A DNA stretch of 64,000 bases from Deltaproteobacteria bacterium (GTDB taxonomy: Bacteria > SAR324 > JACQKK01). Each line of letters starts with the position of its first letter. Within the stretch, counting starts at the first letter, position 1. Of the stretch, positions 36,766-47,067 are shown in pieces. The translations under genes were made by a program, and so were the position numbers. Below the pieces are notes generated by a model. The model worked only from the letters and a program-made list of their open reading frames with translations. It had not been told where the DNA came from and did not search any database. The stretch lies in the NCBI GenBank assembly GCA_029858505.1, contig JAOUEW010000008.1:9939-73938 (forward strand), written 5' to 3'.

Positions 36766-38694
36766 TTAGGGGGCGGGCTGAGGGGGCTGAGACGAGGCAG
36801 GTTCAGTAGGTGGAGCTGGGGCGGGAGCTTCCAGCATGGGCGCCGCAGTGGTGCCGGGGATATCCACAAACGGGATGTTTTGACGGAACAACACGCCTTC
36901 TTCCGGCGGGCGGCTGCCCTCGAATAAAACCGGGTCACTGGCGGTGAGGTACAAGATGAGGGTTTTTCGGGCTTTCTCCTGGTTGTTCATCCGCCGATAC
37001 ACCCGGCTGAGCCGCTCTAAAAACACCGTGCGGTAATGGTTGTTTTTTTCCAGCCCGGCTTCGAGCAGATCCCGGGCCAGCACCCAGTTGCCGCTTTCTT
37101 CGGCCACCCGGCTGGCCCCCTCAATCAACCCATAGTTTCGGGGATACAACGCCAGCCCCCGGTTGAACACCGCTTCGGCCTGCTTCAGGTTTCCCTCCAT
37201 TTGATACAGGTTCCCCACGGCCCGGTGAAAGGCCCCCAGGCCTTCTCCCCGGGTAAGGTAGGGGGTGAGCATTTGCAGCGCCTTGCGGGTGTTTCCCAGG
37301 CGGCCTTCCGCGGTACCGGCCAGATACACCGCCTCCCAGGGGGGGTCTTTCATGGCCAGCAGGGGTTTCGCCCCCTCCAGCGCGGCATTGTAATCGCCTT
37401 GAATGTAGGCCAGCCTGGCCCGGGCAAACAAGATGGCCGTTCCATGGTCGGGCAGCCCATCCAACACTTGTTTGGCTTCCGCAAAGCGGCCGGTCAGGGT
37501 GAGCCACTCCCCCTTCACCAGCAATCCCCGAAAATCGGTGGGGTTCAATTTCAAGTATTCTTCAATCCGCAGCCGTGCCTCCTCCAGTTTTCGCTCGGCC
37601 ATCAGCCGCTGAATTTTCAGCAGCTTGATCTGCGGATTTTCCGGATTGATTTTTTCCGCGGCGTTCAACAGGGTTTGCGCTTGGTCGGTTTCCTCTGCCC
37701 GGAACAGCAGCACGGCTTTCCAATACAGGGCTTCCTGTTGGTTGGGCTCAATATCTAGCAGGGTATTCAGCGATTCCATGGCCTGGGGGTGTTCCCCCCG
37801 GGAGATGGCCCCCCTGGCCAGGGCCAACAACACCCCCGGATGGGAAGGTTGGTGGCGGGCCAGCCCAGCCAGCAACTGGTCGGCTTGTTGAATTTCTCCT
37901 TTGCTCCGCAAGATCTCCACCCGCACCAATTGATCTTCGGTTTCCAAACCATCTTTTTGGCGCAATTGGCCCATCACCTTCAGGGCGTCGTCCCATTCCT
38001 GTCGCTGGTAATGAATATCCAGTTGCTCACGCAGCAAATCCGGGTCTCCCGGCCACTGGCGAAGGTCATCGCTGATCACCAGGGAAGCCACCGAAAAGTT
38101 ACCGCTGGCCTTCAAGATGCGAATTTTCAGCACCCGGGCATCGTGATCGTTGGGAGACACCCCCAGGGCGGCTTCCACCTCTCGGCGGGCCTCGGCCTGG
38201 CGGCCCAAGGCAAACAGCATGCGGGCATACTGAAACCGGCCTTCGAAATAACGTGGATCCCGCGCGGTGATTTTGGCTAAGATTTCCAACCCGCGGTCGG
38301 TTTGGTTCACCAGTTCATGGGTCATGGCCAGTTTCACGCTGGCCGACAGCAGGTCGGGGTCTATTTGGCTGGCTTGGTTGTAGGCCATCAGGGCGGGGAA
38401 ATACTTCTTTTGCCCCAGGTTGGCATCCCCCAGGGTCACTAAAATTTGGGCGTCGTAGGGATTCAACTTGGCAGCCTGGGCCGCGTAGGGCTCGGCTTCG
38501 GCGGGTTTGTTTTCTTTCACCAGCACCTGGGCCAACTCATGCAGCAATTCGGCATCCTCCGGCTGGCTCTCAACTTGTTTCCGGAGTTCCAACTCTCTCT
38601 GGGCCAGCTGGGTGGATAGTTCTTTGGCGCGCCAGGGGTTCAGCACCGACAGGTCGGAACAGCCGGAGAGGACGATCAACACGCCCGCCAACAT
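36766..38694 (-). CDS. TPR-repeat lipoprotein
   Basis: LSGC lipobox; many TPR-like helical repeats. Confidence 0.8.
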   Translation of the reverse strand: MLAGVLIVLSGCSDLSVLNPWRAKELSTQLAQRELELRKQVESQPEDAELLHELAQVLVKENKPAEAEPYAAQAAKLNPYDAQILVTLGDANLGQKKYFPALMAYNQASQIDPDLLSASVKLAMTHELVNQTDRGLEILAKITARDPRYFEGRFQYARMLFALGRQAEARREVEAALGVSPNDHDARVLKIRILKASGNFSVASLVISDDLRQWPGDPDLLREQLDIHYQRQEWDDALKVMGQLRQKDGLETEDQLVRVEILRSKGEIQQADQLLAGLARHQPSHPGVLLALARGAISRGEHPQAMESLNTLLDIEPNQQEALYWKAVLLFRAEETDQAQTLLNAAEKINPENPQIKLLKIQRLMAERKLEEARLRIEEYLKLNPTDFRGLLVKGEWLTLTGRFAEAKQVLDGLPDHGTAILFARARLAYIQGDYNAALEGAKPLLAMKDPPWEAVYLAGTAEGRLGNTRKALQMLTPYLTRGEGLGAFHRAVGNLYQMEGNLKQAEAVFNRGLALYPRNYGLIEGASRVAEESGNWVLARDLLEAGLEKNNHYRTVFLERLSRVYRRMNNQEKARKTLILYLTASDPVLFEGSRPPEEGVLFRQNIPFVDIPGTTAAPMLEAPAPAPPTEPASSQPPQPAP

Positions 38695-38714
38695 TCCGGC
38701 CAATCCCTTTCCCG

Positions 38715-39548
38715 TTATTGCCGAGCGGCTTCTGCCGGCTGCACCTGAACCACGGGAGACAGCGGCCCCTCTCCGCCGAATTGATCCACCAGCCGCAGGG
38801 CATACTCCACCCGTGGGGAGGGCTTGGTCGGATCGGGTGTGGGGATGGCATCGGTCCAATGGTAGATATCCAAAGGTTTGGGGTTCAGGGGGGCCAAAGG
38901 CCAGGGGTTACCCTCGATTCGACGGTAAAGATTGGCCCTGAAATAGCGGACCTGGGTCTCCCGGGTTTCTGCTGGGTGATAGGAACGCAAAACTTGTTCC
39001 CTTCGGGGCTGCCAAGACAAAAGAAGGTTCCTCCGCCCCGTGGATTCCCGGGAGGAACCATTGGAAGGTGATTCCCAGGCCCAAGATACCGAGTGGGCTG
39101 GGATTTGGTTGAGCCGACCCAGGGGCAATTTAGCGGAAGGGTCTGATATTCCGGATGAATACCTCACAGAAATCTGAAATTCCCACTTTCCCGGCGTGGG
39201 GCGCATTCTGTACAGGGTAAACAGGCGGTCAAACTCCGCTTGCACCTGGTCGGACCCTTCCGGCAGAAAAGCCTGTTCCGTATTGGGAGAACAGGTCTCA
39301 CAATCCACCGGATACACATCTATCCGCAGCCAGTACCCCATCACCTCTCCCCATTGGCCGCGCAAATCGGCAGAGGGACGGATCCAACTGATCAGGGCGT
39401 AATCTTCCCGCTGCTGAATCCGCACCCCGGTGAGGGGGGGAATTCGCCGCAAGTCGGGGTGGGGGGGGGTTTTATACCCACAACCGGCAGGGACCAACAA
39501 ACACCCCGCCACCACCCACCACGACCACATCCTCCGTTTTCCTTTCAT
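38715..39548 (-). CDS. Lipoprotein with FN3-like beta domains
   Basis: PAGCGYKTPP lipobox; CETC; YRR..PLNPKPL..WTD..YALRLVD..EGPLS pattern. Confidence 0.7.
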   Translation of the reverse strand: MKGKRRMWSWWVVAGCLLVPAGCGYKTPPHPDLRRIPPLTGVRIQQREDYALISWIRPSADLRGQWGEVMGYWLRIDVYPVDCETCSPNTEQAFLPEGSDQVQAEFDRLFTLYRMRPTPGKWEFQISVRYSSGISDPSAKLPLGRLNQIPAHSVSWAWESPSNGSSRESTGRRNLLLSWQPRREQVLRSYHPAETRETQVRYFRANLYRRIEGNPWPLAPLNPKPLDIYHWTDAIPTPDPTKPSPRVEYALRLVDQFGGEGPLSPVVQVQPAEAARQ

Positions 39549-39595
39549 ATTACCAAGACCTTTGGATTTCCGGCAAATATCCGGGGGTGGGGAAA

Positions 39596-40372
39596 TTAGG
39601 AGGGTTGAGGAGAAGACAGGCCCCCGCCCAGACCACTGCCTTGGTGCTCTCGCAGGGGCTGCTGAAAGTGAATGTGCACCCGGTACATGCCGATTTCTCC
39701 CGGCACCCGTTCGGTTTTCATCACCGTGCCCTTGGTGGGCTGATACAATCCCGTTCCATCGGGCTTGGGAAATTGCAGCACCAACGTGGTTCCCAGGCCA
39801 TAGTTCAGGTTGGAGCGAACGACGCATTTTTGAGACGATACTTCCTCGCACTCCCCCCGGGAAGCGTTGCGGTCGTGAATCAGGGCCACTGGCATCCGGG
39901 TTTCAAACGAACGAGAGGATTCCAGGGCGATTTTAAAACTATCGGCCCCGGAAATTTGCTTGCGTACTTCCACGGCTTCTTGCACTTTTTCTAAAAACTG
40001 CCCCGCCGAGAAGGGCTTACCCAAAAACACATCGGCCATGGCGTCGAGGGCTTGGTTGGCGGCTTGGGGGGTGTTGTCTTGAGAAGTGAGCAAAAAAGCC
40101 GGTTGAAATTTGATGTCCTTGTCGCTCCGAATCCGGGTGAGGATGTCGATCCCACCCATTTCGGGGAGCAGGTTCGAGCAGATAACCACCTGAAAGTTTT
40201 TATCTTTTTTCCATGCCTGCCAGGTTTCCGCCCCATTCTCTTGGGTGGTGATTTTATAGGCCCCGGCGTCTTTCAAGGCTTTGGTCATCATGCCCAGCAG
40301 GGCTGTGTTTTGCTCGGCCACCAGGTAATGAAACCGGCGCAGTTCATCGCTGAGGGTGGGTTGATCGGCCAT
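39596..40372 (-). CDS. Atypical receiver domain plus degenerate PilZ-like domain
   Basis: LPEMGGIDIL and FLGKPF receiver features; beta-rich C-terminus (KGTVMKTE..YRVHIHF). Confidence 0.7.
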   Translation of the reverse strand: MADQPTLSDELRRFHYLVAEQNTALLGMMTKALKDAGAYKITTQENGAETWQAWKKDKNFQVVICSNLLPEMGGIDILTRIRSDKDIKFQPAFLLTSQDNTPQAANQALDAMADVFLGKPFSAGQFLEKVQEAVEVRKQISGADSFKIALESSRSFETRMPVALIHDRNASRGECEEVSSQKCVVRSNLNYGLGTTLVLQFPKPDGTGLYQPTKGTVMKTERVPGEIGMYRVHIHFQQPLREHQGSGLGGGLSSPQPS

Positions 40373-40551
40373 GAGAAGGGCTTCCAAAAAGGCGGGGTTT
40401 CTTCGGGTTAAGGGTCAAACTTTTTTTATGTTAGCGGGTTATCGAGAAAAACGGAACCGTGTAGGATGGCCCCATGGCCTTTCCCCAGGCAGGAATGGTA
40501 AGAACAAGAAACTGTGGGAACAGGGTCCCCATTTCAGGAAGGAGAAAGCAG

Positions 40552-41034
40552 ATGACACGGTCAGGAAGACGAATTCAGGGCCTTGGGCAGCGCATCCTTT
40601 GGGGGCTGATCTTCGCCGGAGCGCTGGGGGGGCTCCCGGCCCAGGCCACCCCCAACCGTTACGAGGTGCAGGCCCTGGAGGAAGAATCCATGAAATCCTT
40701 CCGCCGCATTTTAACCATGTGGCAGGAAGAATCGTTTTTTGAGTTGTATGACGAAGGGTGGGCCGACAGCAAAAAACGAATTACCCGCGAAGACTTTGCC
40801 CAGCGGATGGTGGGGCAGAATTGGGTACCCGTGGGGCGGCCCGACCCTCGGTTTCTGAAGGCCGATTTCCGCTTTCGCACCATGGTGTACATTCGCGCCA
40901 AGCTGACTTTTCAAAACAAGGCCAACAAAAAAAACCTAACCCGCGACCTGAACATGCTGCTGTTAAAAGAAGCCGATGGCCGCTGGAAGGTGGACCTGGT
41001 GGAACTGGTGCGGATTCCCTACGGCGGGGCCTAA
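40552..41034 (+). CDS. Exported hypothetical protein
   Basis: aggag RBS, signal peptide ending PAQA. Confidence 0.7.
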   Translation: MTRSGRRIQGLGQRILWGLIFAGALGGLPAQATPNRYEVQALEEESMKSFRRILTMWQEESFFELYDEGWADSKKRITREDFAQRMVGQNWVPVGRPDPRFLKADFRFRTMVYIRAKLTFQNKANKKNLTRDLNMLLLKEADGRWKVDLVELVRIPYGGA

Positions 41035-41044
41035 CCCCGGAAGA

Positions 41045-41638
41045 TCACCAAACCTTGGGCAGCAGCCGTTTTAACCCCTGGGTATGGGTTTTCCAGGCAG
41101 TGTCTTCCCCCCAGCGGGCCTCCTCGGCCCTGATCTGCCACAGCACTGCCCCCCCCACCAAGCCCCCCCCCACCGCCAAGGACCACCAGCCCCCGGTCAA
41201 CAATTCCACCGCCAGCACTTCCCCCAGCACCGCGGCGTATTCTGGATGGCGGAGAAACCGGTAGGGCCCCTGGGTGACTGGGGGGAGCGACAGGTTTTTC
41301 GGGGCATGGGGGGCTTTTGGCCCTGGGTTGACAGGCCATTGCTCCAGAGAAGCCTGGGCCCAGCCCCGCAGAGCCAGGGTGCCCCCCCACAGCCCCAACC
41401 CCACCACCATGGCCCACCCCCCAACGTGGGGGCGGTTCATTCCGTATTCTCCCAGCGCAAGGCCAGCCCACACCAGGGTGGCCCCATAGGGGGCCCAACC
41501 TCCGGAAGAATGCTCGGAGGGTTCGAGGCGGGCGGGGGCCCCGCGCCAGCGGCGCAGCTCCCACAGGCTCCTGAAGCCAATGGCCACCGGAACCAAGTAG
41601 GGAAGAGACAGCAGCCGGATGATGCTTTCAGGGATCAT
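41045..41638 (-). CDS. Isoprenylcysteine carboxyl methyltransferase-family membrane protein
   Basis: VTQGPYRFLRHPEY and IRAEE motifs, several TMs. Confidence 0.8.
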   Translation of the reverse strand: MIPESIIRLLSLPYLVPVAIGFRSLWELRRWRGAPARLEPSEHSSGGWAPYGATLVWAGLALGEYGMNRPHVGGWAMVVGLGLWGGTLALRGWAQASLEQWPVNPGPKAPHAPKNLSLPPVTQGPYRFLRHPEYAAVLGEVLAVELLTGGWWSLAVGGGLVGGAVLWQIRAEEARWGEDTAWKTHTQGLKRLLPKVW

Positions 41639-41749
41639 GAAGAACGGAAGGATGTGAAGAGTGTGGGGGAGCGTATGGGGGGAAGACTTTCGTCTAACTT
41701 CTATTTTCCCCTCCCCCCCGACCATACCGGAAGGAACTGTTGAACAGAC

Positions 41750-43639
41750 CTAAAACTGAGAGAGTTCCTGGGGAGATTTCAGGTCAATACTGGCCTGCTC
41801 TCTCAGATGAAAAAACAGTTTCTCCCGGAAATAACTTTCCCACTCGGCGTACATACGAGAGCGGATCTCGTTTTTTCGCTCTTGTTCTTTTTCCGGGTTG
41901 GCGATGAACCGCCGCTTCAGCAGCAGCAGGTAAATATCCGCGCCGGAACCGCTGACTTGAACAGGCTGGCTGTCTCGCAACCGGAAAGCGGCGGAACGAA
42001 ACGCCGGGTTGTTGCCCACTTTGGGGATGGGAGCCCCCGCCGTGACGGTGGTGGTTTCTACCCGAGCGCCCATGGAGCGGGCCAGTTGGGCCAATTCTTG
42101 GGGGGTTTTGATCCGGCCAGCCTGGGCCTGAGCGGCTTGGCGGGTTTTGTCTTGCCGGGCCCGCTCCAAGGCCCGCTGGGTGACCTGGTCCCGCACCTCA
42201 TCCAGGGGGCGCACATGGGCCGGTTCCACCGCGGTCACCCGGTAAATCACATGGCCCATCACTGGGTTGCGGCGCCACAGGCCCCCGGCCCCCGGCTTTT
42301 GCCCACGAGCCATGGAAAACAATTCTCCCGCCGACCCCAGCCCCGGCAGCAGAGAAGCCCCGTTGAACGAGGGGGTTTCGGCCAGGGGCCGACCAGCCGC
42401 ATGGGCCGCGGCCTCAATGCCCTTGTCGGCGGCCAGGGCGTTCAGCCGATCCAATTCGGTTTCCAGTTTGCGCTCGGCCCGCATGTCCAACAGTTTGCGC
42501 TCAATGCCCGCTTTGGCTTGGGCAAAGGGGGTCACGCTGCCGGCTTTCACCGCGGTGGCTTTGATAATATGGAAACCAAACGGCGAGGTGACCACGTCGC
42601 TGATTTCCCCCGGTTTCAGGGCAAAGGCGGCCGCTTCAAACGGCCCCACCATTTGGCCATGACCAAAAAAGCCCAGGTCTCCCCCCTGGCCGCGGCTGCT
42701 GTCTTGGGAGTATTTTTTCGCCAACTGCGCGAAATCGGCCCCTTTGCGGGCTTCCTCCCGAATGGCCTTGGCCTGCTTCAATAACTTCTCCCGTTCGGCG
42801 GGGGGGGTGTCTTTGTTCACCTTGAGCAGAATGTGACTGGCCCGCACCTTTCCAGGGGTAGAAAACTCCTGAAGGTTCCGCTCGTAATAATGCTGGGCGG
42901 CTTTTTCGGGCAGGGTGGTTTGGGCCCGCACCTGGTCTAGGGTCAGGGTAAAGTAACGCACCCGCATGGTTTCCGGCACGGAATACATGCTTTGGCTGAC
43001 CTCGTATTCCTGCTTGATGTCGGCCTCGCTCACGGTTGCGTCTTTCACCTGAGCCGGGTCCAGGCGCACAAACTCCACCTCCACGGTTTGGAACTCTTCC
43101 TGGTAGCGGCGGTCCACTTCGGCTTGGCCCACAAATATTCCCAGGGTGGCGTTTTGGTGAAATTTCTTGGTGAGCTGCTCTTCACGGATACTGGCTTCGT
43201 ACTGCCCCGGAAGCAGGCCGTTTCGGCTGAGCAGGTTTGTATAGGCAGAATAATCGAAGCGGTTTCCCGACTGGAAGCCGGGATTGGTGCGAATGACGGT
43301 TTCTACCTCGTAATCGGTCACCAGCATTCCCCGCTTTTTGGCGGCCTCCAGCACCAGCAGCCGCTCAATCATTTCATCCAACACCCGGCGGGCAAGATTG
43401 GTCTGACGGGCGATTTGCTCGGTTTGGGGGCCAAACTGACCCCGCATATCGTTCAGTCGATATTGGTAGGCCCGTTCAAAATCTCGCTTAAGAATTTCTT
43501 CCCCATCCACCTTGGCCAAAACGGTTTTGCTGGCCTCAAACGAGCCCACGCCAAAGGAGATCACGAAGGTAATGACGATAAACCCCAACAGGGTCTTGAT
43601 GATCCACGATTGAGAGTGGTTGCGGATGGTGGTGAGCAT
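41750..43639 (-). CDS. ppiD: PpiD/SurA-like parvulin peptidyl-prolyl isomerase
   Basis: MLTTIR plus TM; RASHILL, FAQLAKKYSQD, GGDLGFF, FGFHII. Confidence 0.88.
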   Translation of the reverse strand: MLTTIRNHSQSWIIKTLLGFIVITFVISFGVGSFEASKTVLAKVDGEEILKRDFERAYQYRLNDMRGQFGPQTEQIARQTNLARRVLDEMIERLLVLEAAKKRGMLVTDYEVETVIRTNPGFQSGNRFDYSAYTNLLSRNGLLPGQYEASIREEQLTKKFHQNATLGIFVGQAEVDRRYQEEFQTVEVEFVRLDPAQVKDATVSEADIKQEYEVSQSMYSVPETMRVRYFTLTLDQVRAQTTLPEKAAQHYYERNLQEFSTPGKVRASHILLKVNKDTPPAEREKLLKQAKAIREEARKGADFAQLAKKYSQDSSRGQGGDLGFFGHGQMVGPFEAAAFALKPGEISDVVTSPFGFHIIKATAVKAGSVTPFAQAKAGIERKLLDMRAERKLETELDRLNALAADKGIEAAAHAAGRPLAETPSFNGASLLPGLGSAGELFSMARGQKPGAGGLWRRNPVMGHVIYRVTAVEPAHVRPLDEVRDQVTQRALERARQDKTRQAAQAQAGRIKTPQELAQLARSMGARVETTTVTAGAPIPKVGNNPAFRSAAFRLRDSQPVQVSGSGADIYLLLLKRRFIANPEKEQERKNEIRSRMYAEWESYFREKLFFHLREQASIDLKSPQELSQF

Positions 43640-43738
43640 GGGAGCCTAACTCTGGCATAAAGGTGAACGAAGCTGGGGAATAAGAAATACCCCCTACTTT
43701 ACGGTCTGGGTGCCTATGGGGTCAATATGCGGGGTGAA

Positions 43739-43764
43739 GTTCACGGCAAAAACCCTGGTGATGC
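43739..43764 (-). repeat. Fragment of the MITE family
   Basis: Reverse complement reads gcatcaccagggtttttgccgtgaac, matching 12937-12962 and 19406-19430. Confidence 0.55.
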
Positions 43765-43890
43765 GGCGGTTGGTGAGGCCGAAGTCTCGAAATAAACCCG
43801 GCCATGACAAGACCATAGGGGGATAACATCAGGATATCGGATAGATGGGTCTCAGGATGGCGCCCAGGGGGGGGATCCCAAGAATTTCCG

Positions 43891-44541
43891 TTAGATTCCG
43901 TGGGGCGCTTGGCCTGGTTGGGTGGCCGAGGCGTATCGGTTCATGTAGTCTTGGGCGGTTTGCTCAATGGGAAGAGACAAAGCCGCCGCCACCAGCTTGA
44001 CAAACCCCCGCACGTACACCGATGCCGGAAGGCTGGAAAACGATTCGGCCTCCAGATAGCTCAGATAAGTTTTCCGGATTTTGGTTTGGCTGGCCAGTTC
44101 ATCCAGGCTGATGCCCGCCAGCAGCCGGGCGGCTTTCAGGGCCGAGCCATCGAAAGGTTTGGTGCCCGCGATATAGGGCTGCAAGGCGTTTTTCCCCATG
44201 GGAGGAAGATCATCCTCTTGGGAAGAAACCGATTGGATGGAGGGTTTGTCTGGAGATGCCGGGGTTTTGGTTTTTCGTTTGGTGGTGGAGGTCTGCTCTT
44301 CACTTTGCAGTTGCTGGTCATAGGCTTGGCGCAGGTTCAAGTTGAACAGCGTATTGTAAGCCTTTTGCGTCAGCGTTAAAATCTCCCTGTTTTCCTCGTC
44401 GGAAAACAGGGAATAGGTGGCCAGAGAGTTGGACTCGAAAGTTTGCTTGCTCATTTCGAAGGCTTTGCGGATTTGCTCCGGCGTGGCCTCTCTGGGGATA
44501 CCGAGGATTTCGTAATAATTTTGTTGATGCAAAGGTTTCAT
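43891..44541 (-). CDS. J-domain-like plus HTH_25 (RodZ-type) protein
   Basis: NYYEILGI..AT.EQIRKA..AYNTL..RQAYD; TKIRKTYLSYLEAE..LPASVYVRGFV. Confidence 0.8.
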   Translation of the reverse strand: MKPLHQQNYYEILGIPREATPEQIRKAFEMSKQTFESNSLATYSLFSDEENREILTLTQKAYNTLFNLNLRQAYDQQLQSEEQTSTTKRKTKTPASPDKPSIQSVSSQEDDLPPMGKNALQPYIAGTKPFDGSALKAARLLAGISLDELASQTKIRKTYLSYLEAESFSSLPASVYVRGFVKLVAAALSLPIEQTAQDYMNRYASATQPGQAPHGI

Positions 44542-44662
44542 GGTATTTTCATTCCCCCACCCAAAATCAGGTTTCCCCGGCCAGTAGGGTCCGGGGGGCC
44601 GGGTTGGGGATTGGTCTGAGTATAAAAATGTTTTTGGTGTAGAGATAGGTATACCCGAAAAG

Positions 44663-45583
44663 TCACTCGGGTTTCAACTGTTGATTGGACAAAAGATTAA
44701 AGGCGATGGTTTCAAAACTACGGAAGAGTTTTCCTCCCCCCATGGCGGCCAAAGGCTGGCGGGTGCGGATGGAGCGCCACACTTGGTCGTCGTTTTCCAG
44801 ATAACCCACAAAATCCACTTCCAGCCCGAAGTATTTCTGACAGGCCGCCTGCATGGCAAACCCAATCCGGATATCGGCCAGGGAGCGCACCTGATTCAGC
44901 ACAATCCGGGGGCGAAACTGCTTCAGAGAGTCTCGCAACATTTGGCCGGTGGTGGGATCCATTTTCACCACCTGTTCCACCAGTTCCGCCGGGGTGCGAA
45001 TGCCCGCGTCGTTGCGCCGGTCGGAGGCTTTCTCCACCAGGTCCCGCACCGCCGGGTCCGAGGCCAGCACGATCAAACGGCGATAGAGGGCGCTTTTGAT
45101 GAAGCGATAGGCGTTTTCCACCGAGGTCGGCTCGGGCATAACGACCATCACGCCTTTGTCGGCCACCAGAAAAAAATCGAGGGTGTTGTGGCCGGTGCCC
45201 GCCCCCAGGTCCAGTAGCACCACTTCCACATCCACCTCTTGCAGGGCTTTCAATAGTCGCATTTTTTGGGTGTGCTTGGGGTTGGCAATCCCCAAAATGT
45301 CTTGCCCGCCGCTGATCAGCCAAACGTTTTCAAAGGGCGTGCGGATGATGGTGTCTTGGATGGGACGGTTGTGGTGAATGAAATCCGAAAGGTTGGCTTC
45401 GGGGGCGGGAATGCCCAGGCAGGTGTGCAAATTGGCCCCCCCCAGGTCGGCATCCACCAGCAGCACCTTGCGGCCCTTGCGGCCCAGCACCAGGGCCACA
45501 TTGGTGGCCAAGAAGCTTTTACCCACGCCGCCCTTGCCGCTGCCGAAGGCGAAGATTTCTTTGTGATCGAAGAGCTGTCCCAC
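44663..45583 (-). CDS. MinD/FlhG-family ATPase
   Basis: GSGKGGVGKS, DADLGGANLH, DLGAGT, PEPTSVENAYRFIK. Confidence 0.88.
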   Translation of the reverse strand: MGQLFDHKEIFAFGSGKGGVGKSFLATNVALVLGRKGRKVLLVDADLGGANLHTCLGIPAPEANLSDFIHHNRPIQDTIIRTPFENVWLISGGQDILGIANPKHTQKMRLLKALQEVDVEVVLLDLGAGTGHNTLDFFLVADKGVMVVMPEPTSVENAYRFIKSALYRRLIVLASDPAVRDLVEKASDRRNDAGIRTPAELVEQVVKMDPTTGQMLRDSLKQFRPRIVLNQVRSLADIRIGFAMQAACQKYFGLEVDFVGYLENDDQVWRSIRTRQPLAAMGGGKLFRSFETIAFNLLSNQQLKPE

Positions 45584-45767
45584 GGGTTTCCTTTCCCTTT
45601 GGCCCTTCTGGGCCTATTTCCCTTTGGCCCTTGCGGGCCCTTTGGCTCCCATCCTTCTGCCCCACAAAACCAGGGAAACGGAAGGGTTGTGGCCGATCTA
45701 CCGGCCCAATGCCCAAACAGAAAGCCTATTGAGGCATCCGTTTCAAAGCAAGGACCGGGCCACTGGG

Positions 45768-46910
45768 TTACCGGGCACGCAAAAACAGCCATCCTCCCAG
45801 ACCCGTAAACAAAAAATTGGCCATCCAGGCTCCCAGAAAGGGGGTCAACGTCCCCCCCCGGCCCAACATCTGGAACACCTCGTTCGACACCCAAAAGCAC
45901 AGCCCGATCACAATGGCGATCAGCAACTCACCAGAACCCCGGGCGAATCGCACATGGCCCTGAGACAAACAAACGGCGATCCACACCATCAGGAACATGG
46001 CGTACAGGGCCGCGGGGATGCCATACCAAGCCAACAAGGCGTTGGTCACGTTTCGGCCTTCCTGGGCCAGCCGTTGAATTTCCCCATACAGGTCTAAAAA
46101 CGGGGTGTGGGCCAGGTCCAGGTCCATCGGCCGAAACACCTGAGGAAAGGCCTCTGGGGGAACCCACTGGTTGTCTTGGCTTTCCATCACCCACAGGGTC
46201 CCTTCGGCCCGCTGTTGGGAAATACGCTGGAACCGCCACCCCTCCCCGTCCCGAACGCCCCGTTGAATGGCGGCCAGGACCGAAATTTTCCCGGTCAGGG
46301 GGTCGGTTTGATACATTTGGATTCCCCCCAGGCTGCCGTTGGGCATGTCCATCCGGCTGAAATAATATAACCGGTTCCCGTGAATGCGCCATTTCTGGCG
46401 CTCTGCCGAGGCCTCGGTCAGGCTGGCGTTTTCCGGGTTAAGCCACGGCCGGAAATAACTTTTATTCACGTAAGAAAACGCCGCGATGGGAACCATCAGA
46501 ACCATCAACGGAATCATCATCCGCAGCGGGCTAAAGCCGGCGCTTTTCATGGCCACCAGTTCCGAGGTGCGCCCAAAGCCGGTGAAGGTAAACAGGGCCG
46601 CCAGCAAAATGCCCATGGGCAGCATCAGGTCCAGGGTATCGGGCAGGGTTTGCAGGGTTTTTTCCAGGAACCCCCGCACCCCGGCCCAGCCGTTGAACAC
46701 TTTGTCTACTTCGCCCAAAAACGTGCTGATCACCACCAGAGTGATTAAAAAAGCCACCACCAGGAACAGATTCTTCAAAAAAGCCCGGCTGACATAGCGG
46801 GAAAGAGCATCGGTGGGAAGGTGAATCCCCCAGGCACTGCCGCCCGAAGCCCTGTTTCTCCAGGGGGCACCAGGGTTTAACCGTTTCAACAGCAGCATAA
46901 CAGGGTTCAT
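45768..46910 (-). CDS. LptF/LptG family permease
   Basis: SELVAMKSAGFS motif, 3 TM + periplasmic domain + 3 TM, LGAWMAN. Confidence 0.85.
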   Translation of the reverse strand: MNPVMLLLKRLNPGAPWRNRASGGSAWGIHLPTDALSRYVSRAFLKNLFLVVAFLITLVVISTFLGEVDKVFNGWAGVRGFLEKTLQTLPDTLDLMLPMGILLAALFTFTGFGRTSELVAMKSAGFSPLRMMIPLMVLMVPIAAFSYVNKSYFRPWLNPENASLTEASAERQKWRIHGNRLYYFSRMDMPNGSLGGIQMYQTDPLTGKISVLAAIQRGVRDGEGWRFQRISQQRAEGTLWVMESQDNQWVPPEAFPQVFRPMDLDLAHTPFLDLYGEIQRLAQEGRNVTNALLAWYGIPAALYAMFLMVWIAVCLSQGHVRFARGSGELLIAIVIGLCFWVSNEVFQMLGRGGTLTPFLGAWMANFLFTGLGGWLFLRAR

Positions 46911-47067
46911 GGCCGGGGCTCGAATTCCTCTGGCAGAAAACGGGCGGATTCTGATACATTGTGAAGATGATCCGCCTTGTTATTTCTATCGTATCGTTTT
47001 ATCAAAGAAGAGTACAAAAGAGTACAAAGCGGTACCCGTCGGTGGCGCCCATGGAGGAAGGAAAAAC

